Shown here piece after piece: positions 50,040-59,999 of a stretch of DNA of 64,000 bases (the first letter of the stretch is position 1; each line of letters opens with the position of its first letter). This DNA is from Bacteroidota bacterium. Its GTDB lineage: Bacteria; Bacteroidota; Bacteroidia; NS11-12g; UBA9320. The DNA lies in NCBI GenBank assembly GCA_947468275.1, contig CANIKO010000010.1:13114-77113 (forward strand), written 5' to 3'. Under the pieces are notes generated by a model. That model was not told where the DNA came from and did not search any database. It saw only the letters and a program-made list of their open reading frames with translations. Both the position numbers and the translations under genes were made by a program.

Positions 50040-50058
50040 AAAAATAAAATAAGTTATA

Positions 50059-50095
50059 AAAAAAGAGGTCGGTAGTTTTTACTGACCTCTTTTTT
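50059..50095 (+). terminator. Intrinsic terminator
   Basis: AAAAAAGAGGTCGGTA...TACTGACCTCTTTTTT. Confidence 0.8.
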
Positions 50096-50221
50096 GTGAT
50101 TTTTTTTTCTAACTTATTGTTTTAGGAAGAGAAAAAACAGAAACTATAAAATAGTAATCCTTGCAATACCAAAAAAAATAATGTAATCTTTGATAAAAAA
50201 TTAAACTCTAATTAAAAAATT

Positions 50222-50668
50222 ATGAAAAAATTTATCTTACTCCTTACTTTAATCGGCTTTGGTTTTAGTAATAGAATAGAGGCACAGTGTATTAATTATA
50301 ATTGGACAAATAATTCTGGTTGCGATTGGAATATTAAGTTCTACGATAATGCAGGTAATAATATTGCAATATCAAATGCTACTGCTACCGCCAGTAGTGG
50401 AACTCCTACCGTACCTTCTGGAGGAGGATGTTTTGGGTGCAATTCTCTGATGGCTGGAGGGAGGATTGATTTCACAAATAGTTGTGGGTGTACCATTTCT
50501 ATTCCTTTGTTAGCTGGCACTACTGTTACAACCGTGATTGCAGATTGTGCCTTGCAAGGATGCAGTACTATAAGTTGCAGTGGAACTCCAGTTACTTCAA
50601 GCATTGCCGCAATTAGGTCTACTCCGGGATTTCCTTGTGCTAATTTTTATACTATAACCCTTAATTAG
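50222..50668 (+). CDS. Secreted Cys-rich hypothetical protein (10 Cys)
   Basis: Signal peptide ending IEA|Q; Ser/Thr/Gly/Cys-rich. Confidence 0.75.
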   Translation: MKKFILLLTLIGFGFSNRIEAQCINYNWTNNSGCDWNIKFYDNAGNNIAISNATATASSGTPTVPSGGGCFGCNSLMAGGRIDFTNSCGCTISIPLLAGTTVTTVIADCALQGCSTISCSGTPVTSSIAAIRSTPGFPCANFYTITLN

Positions 50669-50729
50669 CGTTTAATAGAAAATCTTGGTTTGTCATTTGA
50701 CAATTACTCTGAATAAATTTATTCAATCT

Positions 50730-53700
50730 ATGCTTCGTTTTATCTGGGCGTTTTTATTAATATTTTTGATACAATTATGCCCTTTCAAATCAACAGCAGA
50801 AATAAATAAAATTTATGGAGATGCATCTTTAACCTATTTTAAATCTAATGCTGGACAGTGGGATAAAGATGTTCATTACAGGCTTATCAGTAATGGATAT
50901 GCAATTAGTTTTTTTAACAATAAAGTATCTTTTGCTATAAGCCGACAATCTGATGATAAGATACAAAATACTTTTAAAGAAAAATTAAAACTACCAGAAC
51001 TAGATTATTTAGTTTGGGAAATTGTCTTTGAAGGTTCTGAACACTGCATTCCAATTGGAGAAGGAAATATCCCTTCTATTTATCGTTTTTTTGGTAACGG
51101 TTCCTGTAATGGTAAAACTATAGATTTATTTAAAAAAATAGTTTACAAAAATATTTATCCTCAAACCGACCTCGTATTTTATGTTGATTCCAAAAAGCAA
51201 ATTAAATATGATTTTATTCTTCATCCTGGAGGCGATATTTCTAAAATTAAAATGAAATATAATGGAATTGAGGGCTTGAAATTAAATGAACACAACGATT
51301 TGAATATTAAAACGGTATGGGGTGATTTTAAAGAAAACACGCCTTTTTCTTTTCAACAAATTAATGGGCAAGAAATGATTGTAGATGTTAAATATTTTTT
51401 GGCCAATAATAATACATTAACTTTTGAATCTATTAAGGATTTGGATAGAACAAAAACTTTAATTATTGACCCTGTTCTATTAGACTGGAGTACCTATTTT
51501 TATGGAAATTCACGATTTAATATAGATAATTCAAATCAAATTGTACAATATGTTGGTGGGGTAGATATTGACTCTAAAGGGTACACGTATGTTGCAGGAA
51601 CAACCAATCAAGATTTTCCAAAAATACCAGGGTTACACAACTCAAAACCAGGTAATTTTCCTTCAAGTAAGACGGATGCTTATTATTGTAAAATATCTCC
51701 AAAAGGCGATTCGTTTTTGTTTTTTAATTATTTGGGAGGAGCTAATAATGATATGGTTAATACGCTTCATATTAATTCAAAAGAAGAAGCTGTAATAACA
51801 GGTTATGGAGGACCTGGATTCCCATTCACTAAAGGAGCTTTGGATACTAATTACGGAGGTTTTGTAACAACATTTAATAGCACAGGCGATTCCATAAGAT
51901 TTTCAACATTCTTTCATCCATTTTCGGGAAATAATGCAATTATTACAGAATCGGGCGAAGTAATTATTGCAGGGGCGTGTTCAGGAGGAATGTTAGTTAC
52001 TTCGGGTGCTTATCAAAATAAATATCAAGGAGGATCAGTTGATGGTTTTGTTGCAAAAATAAAGTCAGATGGTAAAAGTCTATCTTTTTCAACCTATATC
52101 GGTGGAGATGATATGGAAGAAATTTATGGTATTAGTATTAATTCAAAAGAAGATATTTATTTAGTAGGTTACACACGCTCAAACAATTTCCCAATAAATA
52201 CATCTAATAATTCTTTTAAATACTTAAAAGGTGGTGCAGATGGATTTTTACTAAAATTGGATAATAGCGGCTCAAAAGTTCTTTTTAGCGATGTTATTGG
52301 GGGTAGCTATGATGATTTTTTGCAAAGTATTTTTATAAATCCCAAAGAAGAAATATTTGTTTCAGGTTTTACCAATTCTAATAATTTTCCAGTAAGTGTT
52401 TATCCTATTGCACATCAAGCTTCAAACGCAGGTAAATATGATCTTGTTGCAATGAAGTTTTTACCCAATGGTTCTAACTACAAGTATTCAACCTACATTG
52501 GAGGAAGTGATAATGAATATTGTAATAATTGGATTAATGGCATGATTACCCAAATAGCAGTAAATGCAAAGGATGAAGCGATAATTATGGGGGTTAGCCA
52601 ATCTAACGATTTTCCGGTGACAAGTGATGCGCTTCAAAAAACGAATAAGGCAAAAGCGAAAATACAAGAACCGCTTAATTTAACATTAACAAAGTTATCC
52701 TTTGGAGGTGATAAATTGATTTATAGTACTTATTTTGGAGGAGGTTATTCCGATAATTTATTATCTGGACGAATTAAACGATTTAATTGTGTCACAAATA
52801 TTGTAATCGCAGGAGCCACAATGTCACGCGATTTCCCTACAACTACTGGAAGTATATACCCAAATGCACCAAAGGATACTTTATTTGGCAATGGAAAACA
52901 TTTCACATACGCTTATGTGAGTTTCATTTCCAAATTTTCAGATACACTAAAAGTTGAGAAACCAAGTTTTGGCAATAGAACTAAAACTCGGTGCAATGAT
53001 TTTTTAGAGATATTGGACGGATTAAATCAGGGAAGTTATAGGCGGTGGAGCACGGGTGACAGCAGCCAGTTTCTTTTGGTAAATAAAGCGGGCACCTACT
53101 GGGTAGCAACCACCTATGGCTGCGATACAATTCGCGACAGCATTACCATTATTAACCCAATTAATAAAGCTAATTTTACGATTTTGGATACGGCCCAATG
53201 CCTAGCCGGAAATAGTTTTACATTTAAAGAAACTACACAATTTAAAAATACAAAGCATAAAGAAAGTAGTTGGTATTTTGATGATAGCACCAGTATAATG
53301 GATACTATTGCCAAAAAATCATTTACCACACCCGGCATTCATTTTATAAAACTAGTATCTCAAAGTACCGCTGATTGCATGGATTCCATCACCACAACAG
53401 TTCATGTGTACCCCAATACACAACCCAATTTTGTTATTAACGATACATCTCAATGTTTAAAAAATCAAAACTTTAATTACACGAACACCTCTACCGACAC
53501 CGGCAAAATAAGCTACCAATGGGATTTGGGCGACCAAACCTTTAGCAACCAAAAAAATATTTCAGCTAAAACCTATCTAAAAGACAGCAGCTATGTTATT
53601 AAACTTATAAGCACCACCGACAAAAATTGTGAGGATACAGCTACCAAAATAATCTCGATAAAACCAAGCCCCGTGGCTGATTTTAAATGGGATATAGCCT

Positions 53701-54644
53701 GTAGCCGAACCGTCACAAATTTTAAATACACCGGTTCAAAACCTATTCAATCATTTCACTGGAATTTTAACAACGAAGCCACTTCCACCCTCGAAAATCC
53801 CTCCCATAAATTTGCCGCCGCAGGAACCTCAATCTCAACCTTAACCTTAACCTCAAGCAACGGATGCTCTGATACGCTTAAAAAATCCATTGACATAAAA
53901 CCCCAATCGCAAGCCGATTTTACGACCCAAGATGTGTGTGAAAACACCACCACAGATTTTGTAAATACATCCAAAGATGCCACAAGCTATAATTGGAAAT
54001 TTGGAGATGGAAATACCTCCAATCTTCAATCCCCCAAACACCAATATCAAATCAGCGGAAAATCTACTACCTTTAATGTTACCTTGGTAGCCATAGTAGC
54101 CAATGGTTGTTCCGATTCCATAAGCAAAGCCACCACAGTAAATGCCAATCCAAGCGCAGATTTTAGCTATACCACCGGCGGCAAGCAAGTAAATTTTACA
54201 GCTACCGAAACCGCAGCTACCCTATACCAATGGACTTTTGGCGATGGAGGAACCGTCAATACCGCAACCCCAAAAACCACTTACAACTACACCAAATTTC
54301 CTTCAGGCAAATACACCGCTTGCCTCAAAGTTATCAATGCCGCCAACTGTTTTTCAGAATCGTGCAAGGAAATTGTTATTACAGGTGGCATTGCAAACCT
54401 CTCAGAAAAAAGCTTTAAAATTTACCCCAATCCCAACAATGGAAGTTTTACCATTGAAATTGAAAATCCTGAAAACGATGGAATAATTAGTATTTACAAT
54501 ACGATAGGGATGCAAATTAAAACTATAGAAACCAATTCATCCCAAAGCCAATATTTAATAAAATTAGATTTTAACTCAGGATTATATTCCGTAAAAATAG
54601 AAAGTGCCGGAAAGGTATTTTATTCTAAATTTATAAAGCTTTAG
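50730..54644 (+). CDS. T9SS substrate: SBBP beta-propeller repeats + PKD repeats + type A CTD
   Basis: Likely ATG 50730; NAGQW, YKNIYPQTDL, LIIDP, STYIGG repeats, YNWKFGDG PKD, IYPNPNNG. Confidence 0.88.
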   Translation: MLRFIWAFLLIFLIQLCPFKSTAEINKIYGDASLTYFKSNAGQWDKDVHYRLISNGYAISFFNNKVSFAISRQSDDKIQNTFKEKLKLPELDYLVWEIVFEGSEHCIPIGEGNIPSIYRFFGNGSCNGKTIDLFKKIVYKNIYPQTDLVFYVDSKKQIKYDFILHPGGDISKIKMKYNGIEGLKLNEHNDLNIKTVWGDFKENTPFSFQQINGQEMIVDVKYFLANNNTLTFESIKDLDRTKTLIIDPVLLDWSTYFYGNSRFNIDNSNQIVQYVGGVDIDSKGYTYVAGTTNQDFPKIPGLHNSKPGNFPSSKTDAYYCKISPKGDSFLFFNYLGGANNDMVNTLHINSKEEAVITGYGGPGFPFTKGALDTNYGGFVTTFNSTGDSIRFSTFFHPFSGNNAIITESGEVIIAGACSGGMLVTSGAYQNKYQGGSVDGFVAKIKSDGKSLSFSTYIGGDDMEEIYGISINSKEDIYLVGYTRSNNFPINTSNNSFKYLKGGADGFLLKLDNSGSKVLFSDVIGGSYDDFLQSIFINPKEEIFVSGFTNSNNFPVSVYPIAHQASNAGKYDLVAMKFLPNGSNYKYSTYIGGSDNEYCNNWINGMITQIAVNAKDEAIIMGVSQSNDFPVTSDALQKTNKAKAKIQEPLNLTLTKLSFGGDKLIYSTYFGGGYSDNLLSGRIKRFNCVTNIVIAGATMSRDFPTTTGSIYPNAPKDTLFGNGKHFTYAYVSFISKFSDTLKVEKPSFGNRTKTRCNDFLEILDGLNQGSYRRWSTGDSSQFLLVNKAGTYWVATTYGCDTIRDSITIINPINKANFTILDTAQCLAGNSFTFKETTQFKNTKHKESSWYFDDSTSIMDTIAKKSFTTPGIHFIKLVSQSTADCMDSITTTVHVYPNTQPNFVINDTSQCLKNQNFNYTNTSTDTGKISYQWDLGDQTFSNQKNISAKTYLKDSSYVIKLISTTDKNCEDTATKIISIKPSPVADFKWDIACSRTVTNFKYTGSKPIQSFHWNFNNEATSTLENPSHKFAAAGTSISTLTLTSSNGCSDTLKKSIDIKPQSQADFTTQDVCENTTTDFVNTSKDATSYNWKFGDGNTSNLQSPKHQYQISGKSTTFNVTLVAIVANGCSDSISKATTVNANPSADFSYTTGGKQVNFTATETAATLYQWTFGDGGTVNTATPKTTYNYTKFPSGKYTACLKVINAANCFSESCKEIVITGGIANLSEKSFKIYPNPNNGSFTIEIENPENDGIISIYNTIGMQIKTIETNSSQSQYLIKLDFNSGLYSVKIESAGKVFYSKFIKL
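54570..54643 (+). repeat. Second copy of the 74-bp CTD repeat
   Basis: 73/74 identical to 49965-50038. Confidence 0.95.
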
Positions 54645-54670
54645 TACCAAATAGCGTTTGAAATTTATAT

Positions 54671-54696
54671 AAAAAGCCCCGTTTTGGGGCTTTTTT
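54671..54696 (+). terminator. Intrinsic terminator
   Basis: AAAAAGCCCC-GTTTT-GGGGCTTTTTT. Confidence 0.85.
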
Positions 54697-54874
54697 GTTG
54701 GATGTATAATTTCATTAGTATTGATCTCTTAAACAACAATGTTTTGCAGATTTGCTGGGATCAAGTTGAGTGGTTACTAGACTTAACAACTTCAATTCTT
54801 TATATATGACTTAAATCATATTTTTATAATAATTATTTTCATCTATTTGTTAAGAATTTAAACAAATTATCTAT

Positions 54875-55450
54875 ATGAAAACAACAAACAAAAGTTACGC
54901 AAAAGGATTAATTGCATGTGCCTTATTAATTTTCTCATTTCAACTTTCTTTCGCCCAATGGTCAACTTCAGGTAATTCATTGAGTACTGGAAATTTTTTG
55001 GGTTCTACAAATGCGACCGATTTAGTATTTAAAACTAACAATACAACACGGATGATCATTAAATCAGATGGAAATGTGGGGATTGGTACAACTAACACCA
55101 GCGGTTTTCTCCTTTCTGTAGATGGTAAAATCCGTGCAAGAGAGGTGAGAATAAATATGGACACATGGGCTGATTATGTATTTGCTGATACTTATAAGCC
55201 GATGAATCTTACCGAACTTGAATTATTTATTAAAAAAAATAAGCACTTGCCTGGTATTCCGTGTGAGCAAGAAGTAATTACTTCTGGAATTTCAATTAAT
55301 GAAATAACGTTATCTTTAATTCAAAAAATAGAGGAAATAACACTTTATACTATTGAAATAAATAAAAAAATGGCTGATTTACAATTGTTGGTGGCTAAAC
55401 AGCAAGCAGAGTTAGAATTATTGAAAAATCCACAACCTGTTAAACCTTAA
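54875..55450 (+). CDS. Exported tail-fibre-like protein with C-terminal chaperone/coiled-coil region
   Basis: GNVGIGTT, LSVDGKIRAREV, WADYVF, KHLPGIP, KIEEITLY. Confidence 0.78.
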   Translation: MKTTNKSYAKGLIACALLIFSFQLSFAQWSTSGNSLSTGNFLGSTNATDLVFKTNNTTRMIIKSDGNVGIGTTNTSGFLLSVDGKIRAREVRINMDTWADYVFADTYKPMNLTELELFIKKNKHLPGIPCEQEVITSGISINEITLSLIQKIEEITLYTIEINKKMADLQLLVAKQQAELELLKNPQPVKP

Positions 55451-55462
55451 CTCTCAATAGTT

Positions 55463-58400
55463 ATGAAAAAAAGGTGTCTTTTTTTATTTGTTTTTGGGAT
55501 AAGTATGTTAATTGCAAATTTAACGTATGCTCAACCCAGATATGTAACTCCACAAGAAGGTTTTCGAGAACTTTTTTTGCCACTTACACGAGGGATTCCT
55601 AGTGCCCCTATTCTGTATGAAATGAACTTACATGAACTGGAAGATACTTTTTATAGGGCTATATGCCATAAATCAATTGATGCTGATGGGTGGATTACCT
55701 TAATGAATACGCTTTGGTGGTGTGCTTATGATACCCTTGATGTGCCCGATATGTCAGTAATGGAAGATACAGTTGAAAAAATTATTAAGGCCGACCCTTT
55801 AATGGTACCTATTGGCATAGCGGCATACGATTATCATAGATATAATGAAAATGTTTTTAATGTAAACGGAGAGTACTTTGATTGGACGGATAGTACAATT
55901 GTAGATCATGCTGGACGCATAGAGCCATTTGATGTAAATCCATTTGACCTGTCGAGAGGTATTCTGCAAGACTTATTTAGTGCATCCCCCCTTGTTACAT
56001 CTCATCCTTATAAAAAAGTTAAATACAGGCTTGATCCTTATTTTTTTAATTTTGGATTATCTACTTTAGTAGGCTTACCTACTACTTTTACTTGGAAAAT
56101 TGACTTTGGTGATGGTAATGGATTTATAACTTTTGATCCATCATCTTTAATTATTCAAGAAGTTAATTATACTAGTGGGGGAATAAAAACATTAACGGTT
56201 CAGGTTGAAAAAGATGCTGTTCCTATAGCCATTTCAGTTTCCGAAATCTACATTGAAGGGTTTGATAAATTAGTGCCAAATGAGAATATTAAAGTAGGTA
56301 ATGTAAATGCCGACCTTTTTACAGCTTGCAATTCATCGGGGAAACTGGTAATGGTTGTTACGGGATTTGACCCTTTGGGAACAAATACAAATGAAAAGAC
56401 TGCAAATAATTTAATTATAAATTCAAAAATAAATATGCTATTAAATTATGGTTATGATATAGCTGTTGTTGAATTTACAGAACCACACACCGGGATATTA
56501 GCTTTGGCCGATGAACTAATTGAATTTATTGAACATATGAAATGCCGTTATGATAATGACCACCCATTTGTTATTTTTAGTTCAAGTTTAGGTGGCCCCG
56601 TGACACGGGTAGCCCTTACAAAAATGGAAAAAACTGATTATATGACTGCTGCATTTGCTAATGCATCCATATGCAATCCTTTACGTATGCATAATACACG
56701 TCTTTGGATAAGCCTAGATGGTGAAATGGATGGGGCAAATGTTCCTATTGGACTGCAAGAATCAATAAAAGGAAGTGTGGAGGTAGCTAATTTTATTGAA
56801 GGATTAGGGAAAATAAAAACAGGTATGGGTGTAATGCTTCGGCAGGTTAAAAGAATAAAAATGCAAGAAAAATTTGATAAGGCGATAGCAAACCAAACCG
56901 CTCGTGAATTATTTAGTGTTCATGTGGATACTAAAAACGGCATGAATGAATATACTCACGACCCTGAATTTGACACAACATGGGCAGAGATAAGAGCACT
57001 CAACCCTGCCACAAATGGGTATCCTAAGTATTGTAAAAAAGTTGCATTATCTAACGGTTTATTTGACGGAAAAAGACAGGTAGCAATTGGTGATAGAGTA
57101 GCGCAAGGTGGTGATACTATGAATTTTTTAAGCATGAATACAAAATTGCGATATCAAAGATTTAACCCGCTATACCTATCGTTTACAACCATGCATTATG
57201 CCTATTATTTGGCTCCCAATTTTGCTACAGACACTGTTTCTCGCATTCATGTATCTGTAAATAAAGTTAATTTCAAGAAACTAATGAAGGCTATCGCTGC
57301 TTCTATTGCTTTAAATTCAACTTCCCCTTTTAATGCTATTTATAATACTCATGTATTTGATAGAACCGCAATAATGAATAACGACAGCCATAAAAGTTGG
57401 GATATTGTAGGTGGAGGCCGCGAGGGGCATTGGGTTTCAGAATTAAAAAGTGTTCCACCAGGTTTTAACATTAATCCAATAACCTTAAGACCATTTAAAA
57501 AGTTTCCGGGTTTAGGCTACACCATTTTTGACATAAATACAAGTCTTGATACTGTAAATGGATTTTTTGCAGCCACAACAGGTTGGCCAATAGAGTATTT
57601 TAACTTAAACAGCCGATGTGTGGCTACCGATTGGACACTTGCTTATACCAAAAACACCTTTGATATGGTAAGAACGGGTTTTGATACCGATATGGAAAGC
57701 GAAGGAATAGACAGCAACTTAGCCCGAACCCCTTTTGATGTAATAATAGCCGGAGTTACCAATGCTAATTACCCCAAAACATGGAGCAGCACGGGTGGCC
57801 GCCCCTATTGGCACAGAAGTGTGAGAACAACAGAAGCTGATAATGGAGCAGGTGATAATCTTACAATGATTGTTAGGGAAATTGGCGATAAGTATCATTA
57901 TTTAGATAACAGAATAGTAAACCGCACGGAGATGTACAGATGCCATGATAGTATTGTTGCTGGAAGTTCTTCAAATCCAAAATATTATTATGCGCTTGGA
58001 AGTCCAGCCGGAAAATATCCTGCATTGCAATCAAAAACAAATCAATTCAATGTAGTTGATAGTGGCTTTTTACATTTAATAAGTACCCGCGAAATAATAT
58101 TACGGCCTGGTTTTAATGTACTTGATAGTGGCGAAATGATAGCCGAAATAGACTCGGTTCCGGTTTGCAATTTAACCTATGAAGAGATAACAGAAATAAT
58201 GCAAACGGAATTTGGTGCCTCCCCTTTAAAATTAGATGCCCTACCCAATGATGAACTGAAAAAAAGGGAAGGATTTAAATTATATCCCAATCCGGCAGGT
58301 AAAGTGGTGAATCTAATTGGAAGCTCAGTCAATTTTGAAGCAACGTTTATTGATTCACATGGAAAGAATATCAACAAATATCGAGGATGGAAATCAATAG

Positions 58401-58492
58401 AAATAAATCTTGAAAATTTACCACAAGGAGTTTATTATTTTAATATTACCTTTGATAATCAAGAGCAACATCTTAAATTTATTAAATTATGA
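55463..58492 (+). CDS. T9SS type A substrate with alpha/beta-hydrolase (lipase-like) domain; putative toxin
   Basis: TGFDP, SSSLGG elbow, HNTRLWISLD..GANVP; LYPNPA CTD. Confidence 0.75.
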   Translation: MKKRCLFLFVFGISMLIANLTYAQPRYVTPQEGFRELFLPLTRGIPSAPILYEMNLHELEDTFYRAICHKSIDADGWITLMNTLWWCAYDTLDVPDMSVMEDTVEKIIKADPLMVPIGIAAYDYHRYNENVFNVNGEYFDWTDSTIVDHAGRIEPFDVNPFDLSRGILQDLFSASPLVTSHPYKKVKYRLDPYFFNFGLSTLVGLPTTFTWKIDFGDGNGFITFDPSSLIIQEVNYTSGGIKTLTVQVEKDAVPIAISVSEIYIEGFDKLVPNENIKVGNVNADLFTACNSSGKLVMVVTGFDPLGTNTNEKTANNLIINSKINMLLNYGYDIAVVEFTEPHTGILALADELIEFIEHMKCRYDNDHPFVIFSSSLGGPVTRVALTKMEKTDYMTAAFANASICNPLRMHNTRLWISLDGEMDGANVPIGLQESIKGSVEVANFIEGLGKIKTGMGVMLRQVKRIKMQEKFDKAIANQTARELFSVHVDTKNGMNEYTHDPEFDTTWAEIRALNPATNGYPKYCKKVALSNGLFDGKRQVAIGDRVAQGGDTMNFLSMNTKLRYQRFNPLYLSFTTMHYAYYLAPNFATDTVSRIHVSVNKVNFKKLMKAIAASIALNSTSPFNAIYNTHVFDRTAIMNNDSHKSWDIVGGGREGHWVSELKSVPPGFNINPITLRPFKKFPGLGYTIFDINTSLDTVNGFFAATTGWPIEYFNLNSRCVATDWTLAYTKNTFDMVRTGFDTDMESEGIDSNLARTPFDVIIAGVTNANYPKTWSSTGGRPYWHRSVRTTEADNGAGDNLTMIVREIGDKYHYLDNRIVNRTEMYRCHDSIVAGSSSNPKYYYALGSPAGKYPALQSKTNQFNVVDSGFLHLISTREIILRPGFNVLDSGEMIAEIDSVPVCNLTYEEITEIMQTEFGASPLKLDALPNDELKKREGFKLYPNPAGKVVNLIGSSVNFEATFIDSHGKNINKYRGWKSIEINLENLPQGVYYFNITFDNQEQHLKFIKL

Positions 58493-59148
58493 GACCACTA
58501 CTTTATGGTTTAACACTATCATTAGTTGTATTAACAAATTGCAAGCCTCAAGAGGATAGCACCCCGCAATTTACTTTTAAAGGCCAAATACTTAATGCTA
58601 CAACCAACGAAGTTCCTGTAGGACTTTCGGTTACTCTTCAAGCCACATCATCTCCTGATTTGTTCACAAAATTTAAAAAAGAAATACTGGGAACCGCCAT
58701 TACTGATAGTATGGGGAGGTTTTCTATTACTTATAAGAAAACTAGTTTACCCATTTTAACACTATTATCTCAATTTCTTACTTATAATGATCTTCCAATA
58801 AATAAAAATGTGGATACTATTTTCTATAGAAGTACAAAAGGTACAATTTCTTTTATTTTAACAGCAATTAACCCATTAAAAATTGAAGACACTTTATATT
58901 TAGCTATTCCAGCATTAGATATTGGAAAAGATGTAACCTTAGAAAAAATTTCAGGGCCATTTCCTCAAAAAAAGATTATTCAATATCGAACTCTCACGGA
59001 TAGGGGTAGTTTACAATATTTCTGGGCAATAGGATATACTCAATGGGATAGTGTAATGAGGTTTTCACATCTTTATTCCAAGAATAAATTAATTTACAAT
59101 ATGCGCGGAGACCCATATATAGATACAATAAAGATAAAATATAGGTAG
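58489..59148 (+). CDS. Lipoprotein, putative immunity protein (paralog 1)
   Basis: Lipobox LTN-C-KPQED; ATGA-coupled to the hydrolase gene. Confidence 0.7.
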   Translation: MRPLLYGLTLSLVVLTNCKPQEDSTPQFTFKGQILNATTNEVPVGLSVTLQATSSPDLFTKFKKEILGTAITDSMGRFSITYKKTSLPILTLLSQFLTYNDLPINKNVDTIFYRSTKGTISFILTAINPLKIEDTLYLAIPALDIGKDVTLEKISGPFPQKKIIQYRTLTDRGSLQYFWAIGYTQWDSVMRFSHLYSKNKLIYNMRGDPYIDTIKIKYR

Positions 59149-59153
59149 CCAAG

Positions 59154-59342
59154 ATGGTCAATATTACTGGAAGCTCAGTCAATTTTGAAGCAACGCTTAT
59201 TGATTCACGTGGAAAGTATATTAACAAATATCGAGGATGGAAATCGATAGAAATAAATTTAGACTGCTTACCTCAGGGTATTTATTATTTTTCCATTACC
59301 TTTGATAATCAAGAGCAACATCTTAAATTTATTAAATTATGA
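59154..59342 (+). pseudogene. Orphan duplicate of the hydrolase 3' end (T9SS CTD fragment)
   Basis: Aligns ungapped to 58304-58492 (offset 850); GSSVNFEAT...KYRGWKSIEINL...QEQHLKFIKL. Confidence 0.9.
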
Positions 59343-59998
59343 GACTACTAATTTATTGCCTTGTTTTTTCGGTTTTATTTATCTGTAATTGCAAGTCAGA
59401 TGACGAGAGTGTTCCTGAATTTACTTTTAAAGGTCAGTACATTGATGTAATAAATAATAAAGTTCCTGTGGGGCTTGCAGTTACTCTGCAAGCCACCTCA
59501 TCTCCTGATTTGTTCACAAAATTCAAAAAGGAAATACTAGGAACTGCCATTACTGATAGCATGGGTAGATTCTCAATAACTTATAAAAAGACTAATTTGC
59601 CAATTTTGACATTAATGTCACAGTATTTTACGCACGAAAATTTACCTATTAATAAGAATATTGATACAGTTTTTTACATTAGTAATTATGGTACTTTAAT
59701 TTTTGTTTTAACAGCAGATATCCCATTAAAAAATCAAGACACTTTATATTTAGGAATTCCACCTTTTAAATTAAATCAAACTGAAAATATAGTTAAGCTT
59801 TCAGGGCCTTTTTCTCCTCAAGAAGTCATTAAATTTCGTCTAATAGTGGAAAATGGGGGTATACAACATTTTTGGGCAATTGGTCGTTCACAATGGGATA
59901 GTGTAACTTATTTTCCACATAAATATCTGGGAAATAAGTTGCAAATAAGTATGAGAGGAGACCCATATGTAGATACGATAAAAATAAAGTATAGATAA
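59339..59998 (+). CDS. Lipoprotein, putative immunity protein (paralog 2)
   Basis: 219 aa, colinear with paralog 1, shares an identical 38-aa block; lipobox ICN-C-KSDDE. Confidence 0.7.
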   Translation: MRLLIYCLVFSVLFICNCKSDDESVPEFTFKGQYIDVINNKVPVGLAVTLQATSSPDLFTKFKKEILGTAITDSMGRFSITYKKTNLPILTLMSQYFTHENLPINKNIDTVFYISNYGTLIFVLTADIPLKNQDTLYLGIPPFKLNQTENIVKLSGPFSPQEVIKFRLIVENGGIQHFWAIGRSQWDSVTYFPHKYLGNKLQISMRGDPYVDTIKIKYR

Positions 59999-59999
59999 T

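Noticed and set aside
54875..55450. Prophage tail fibre
   Set aside because: Has a Sec signal peptide and no other phage genes nearby
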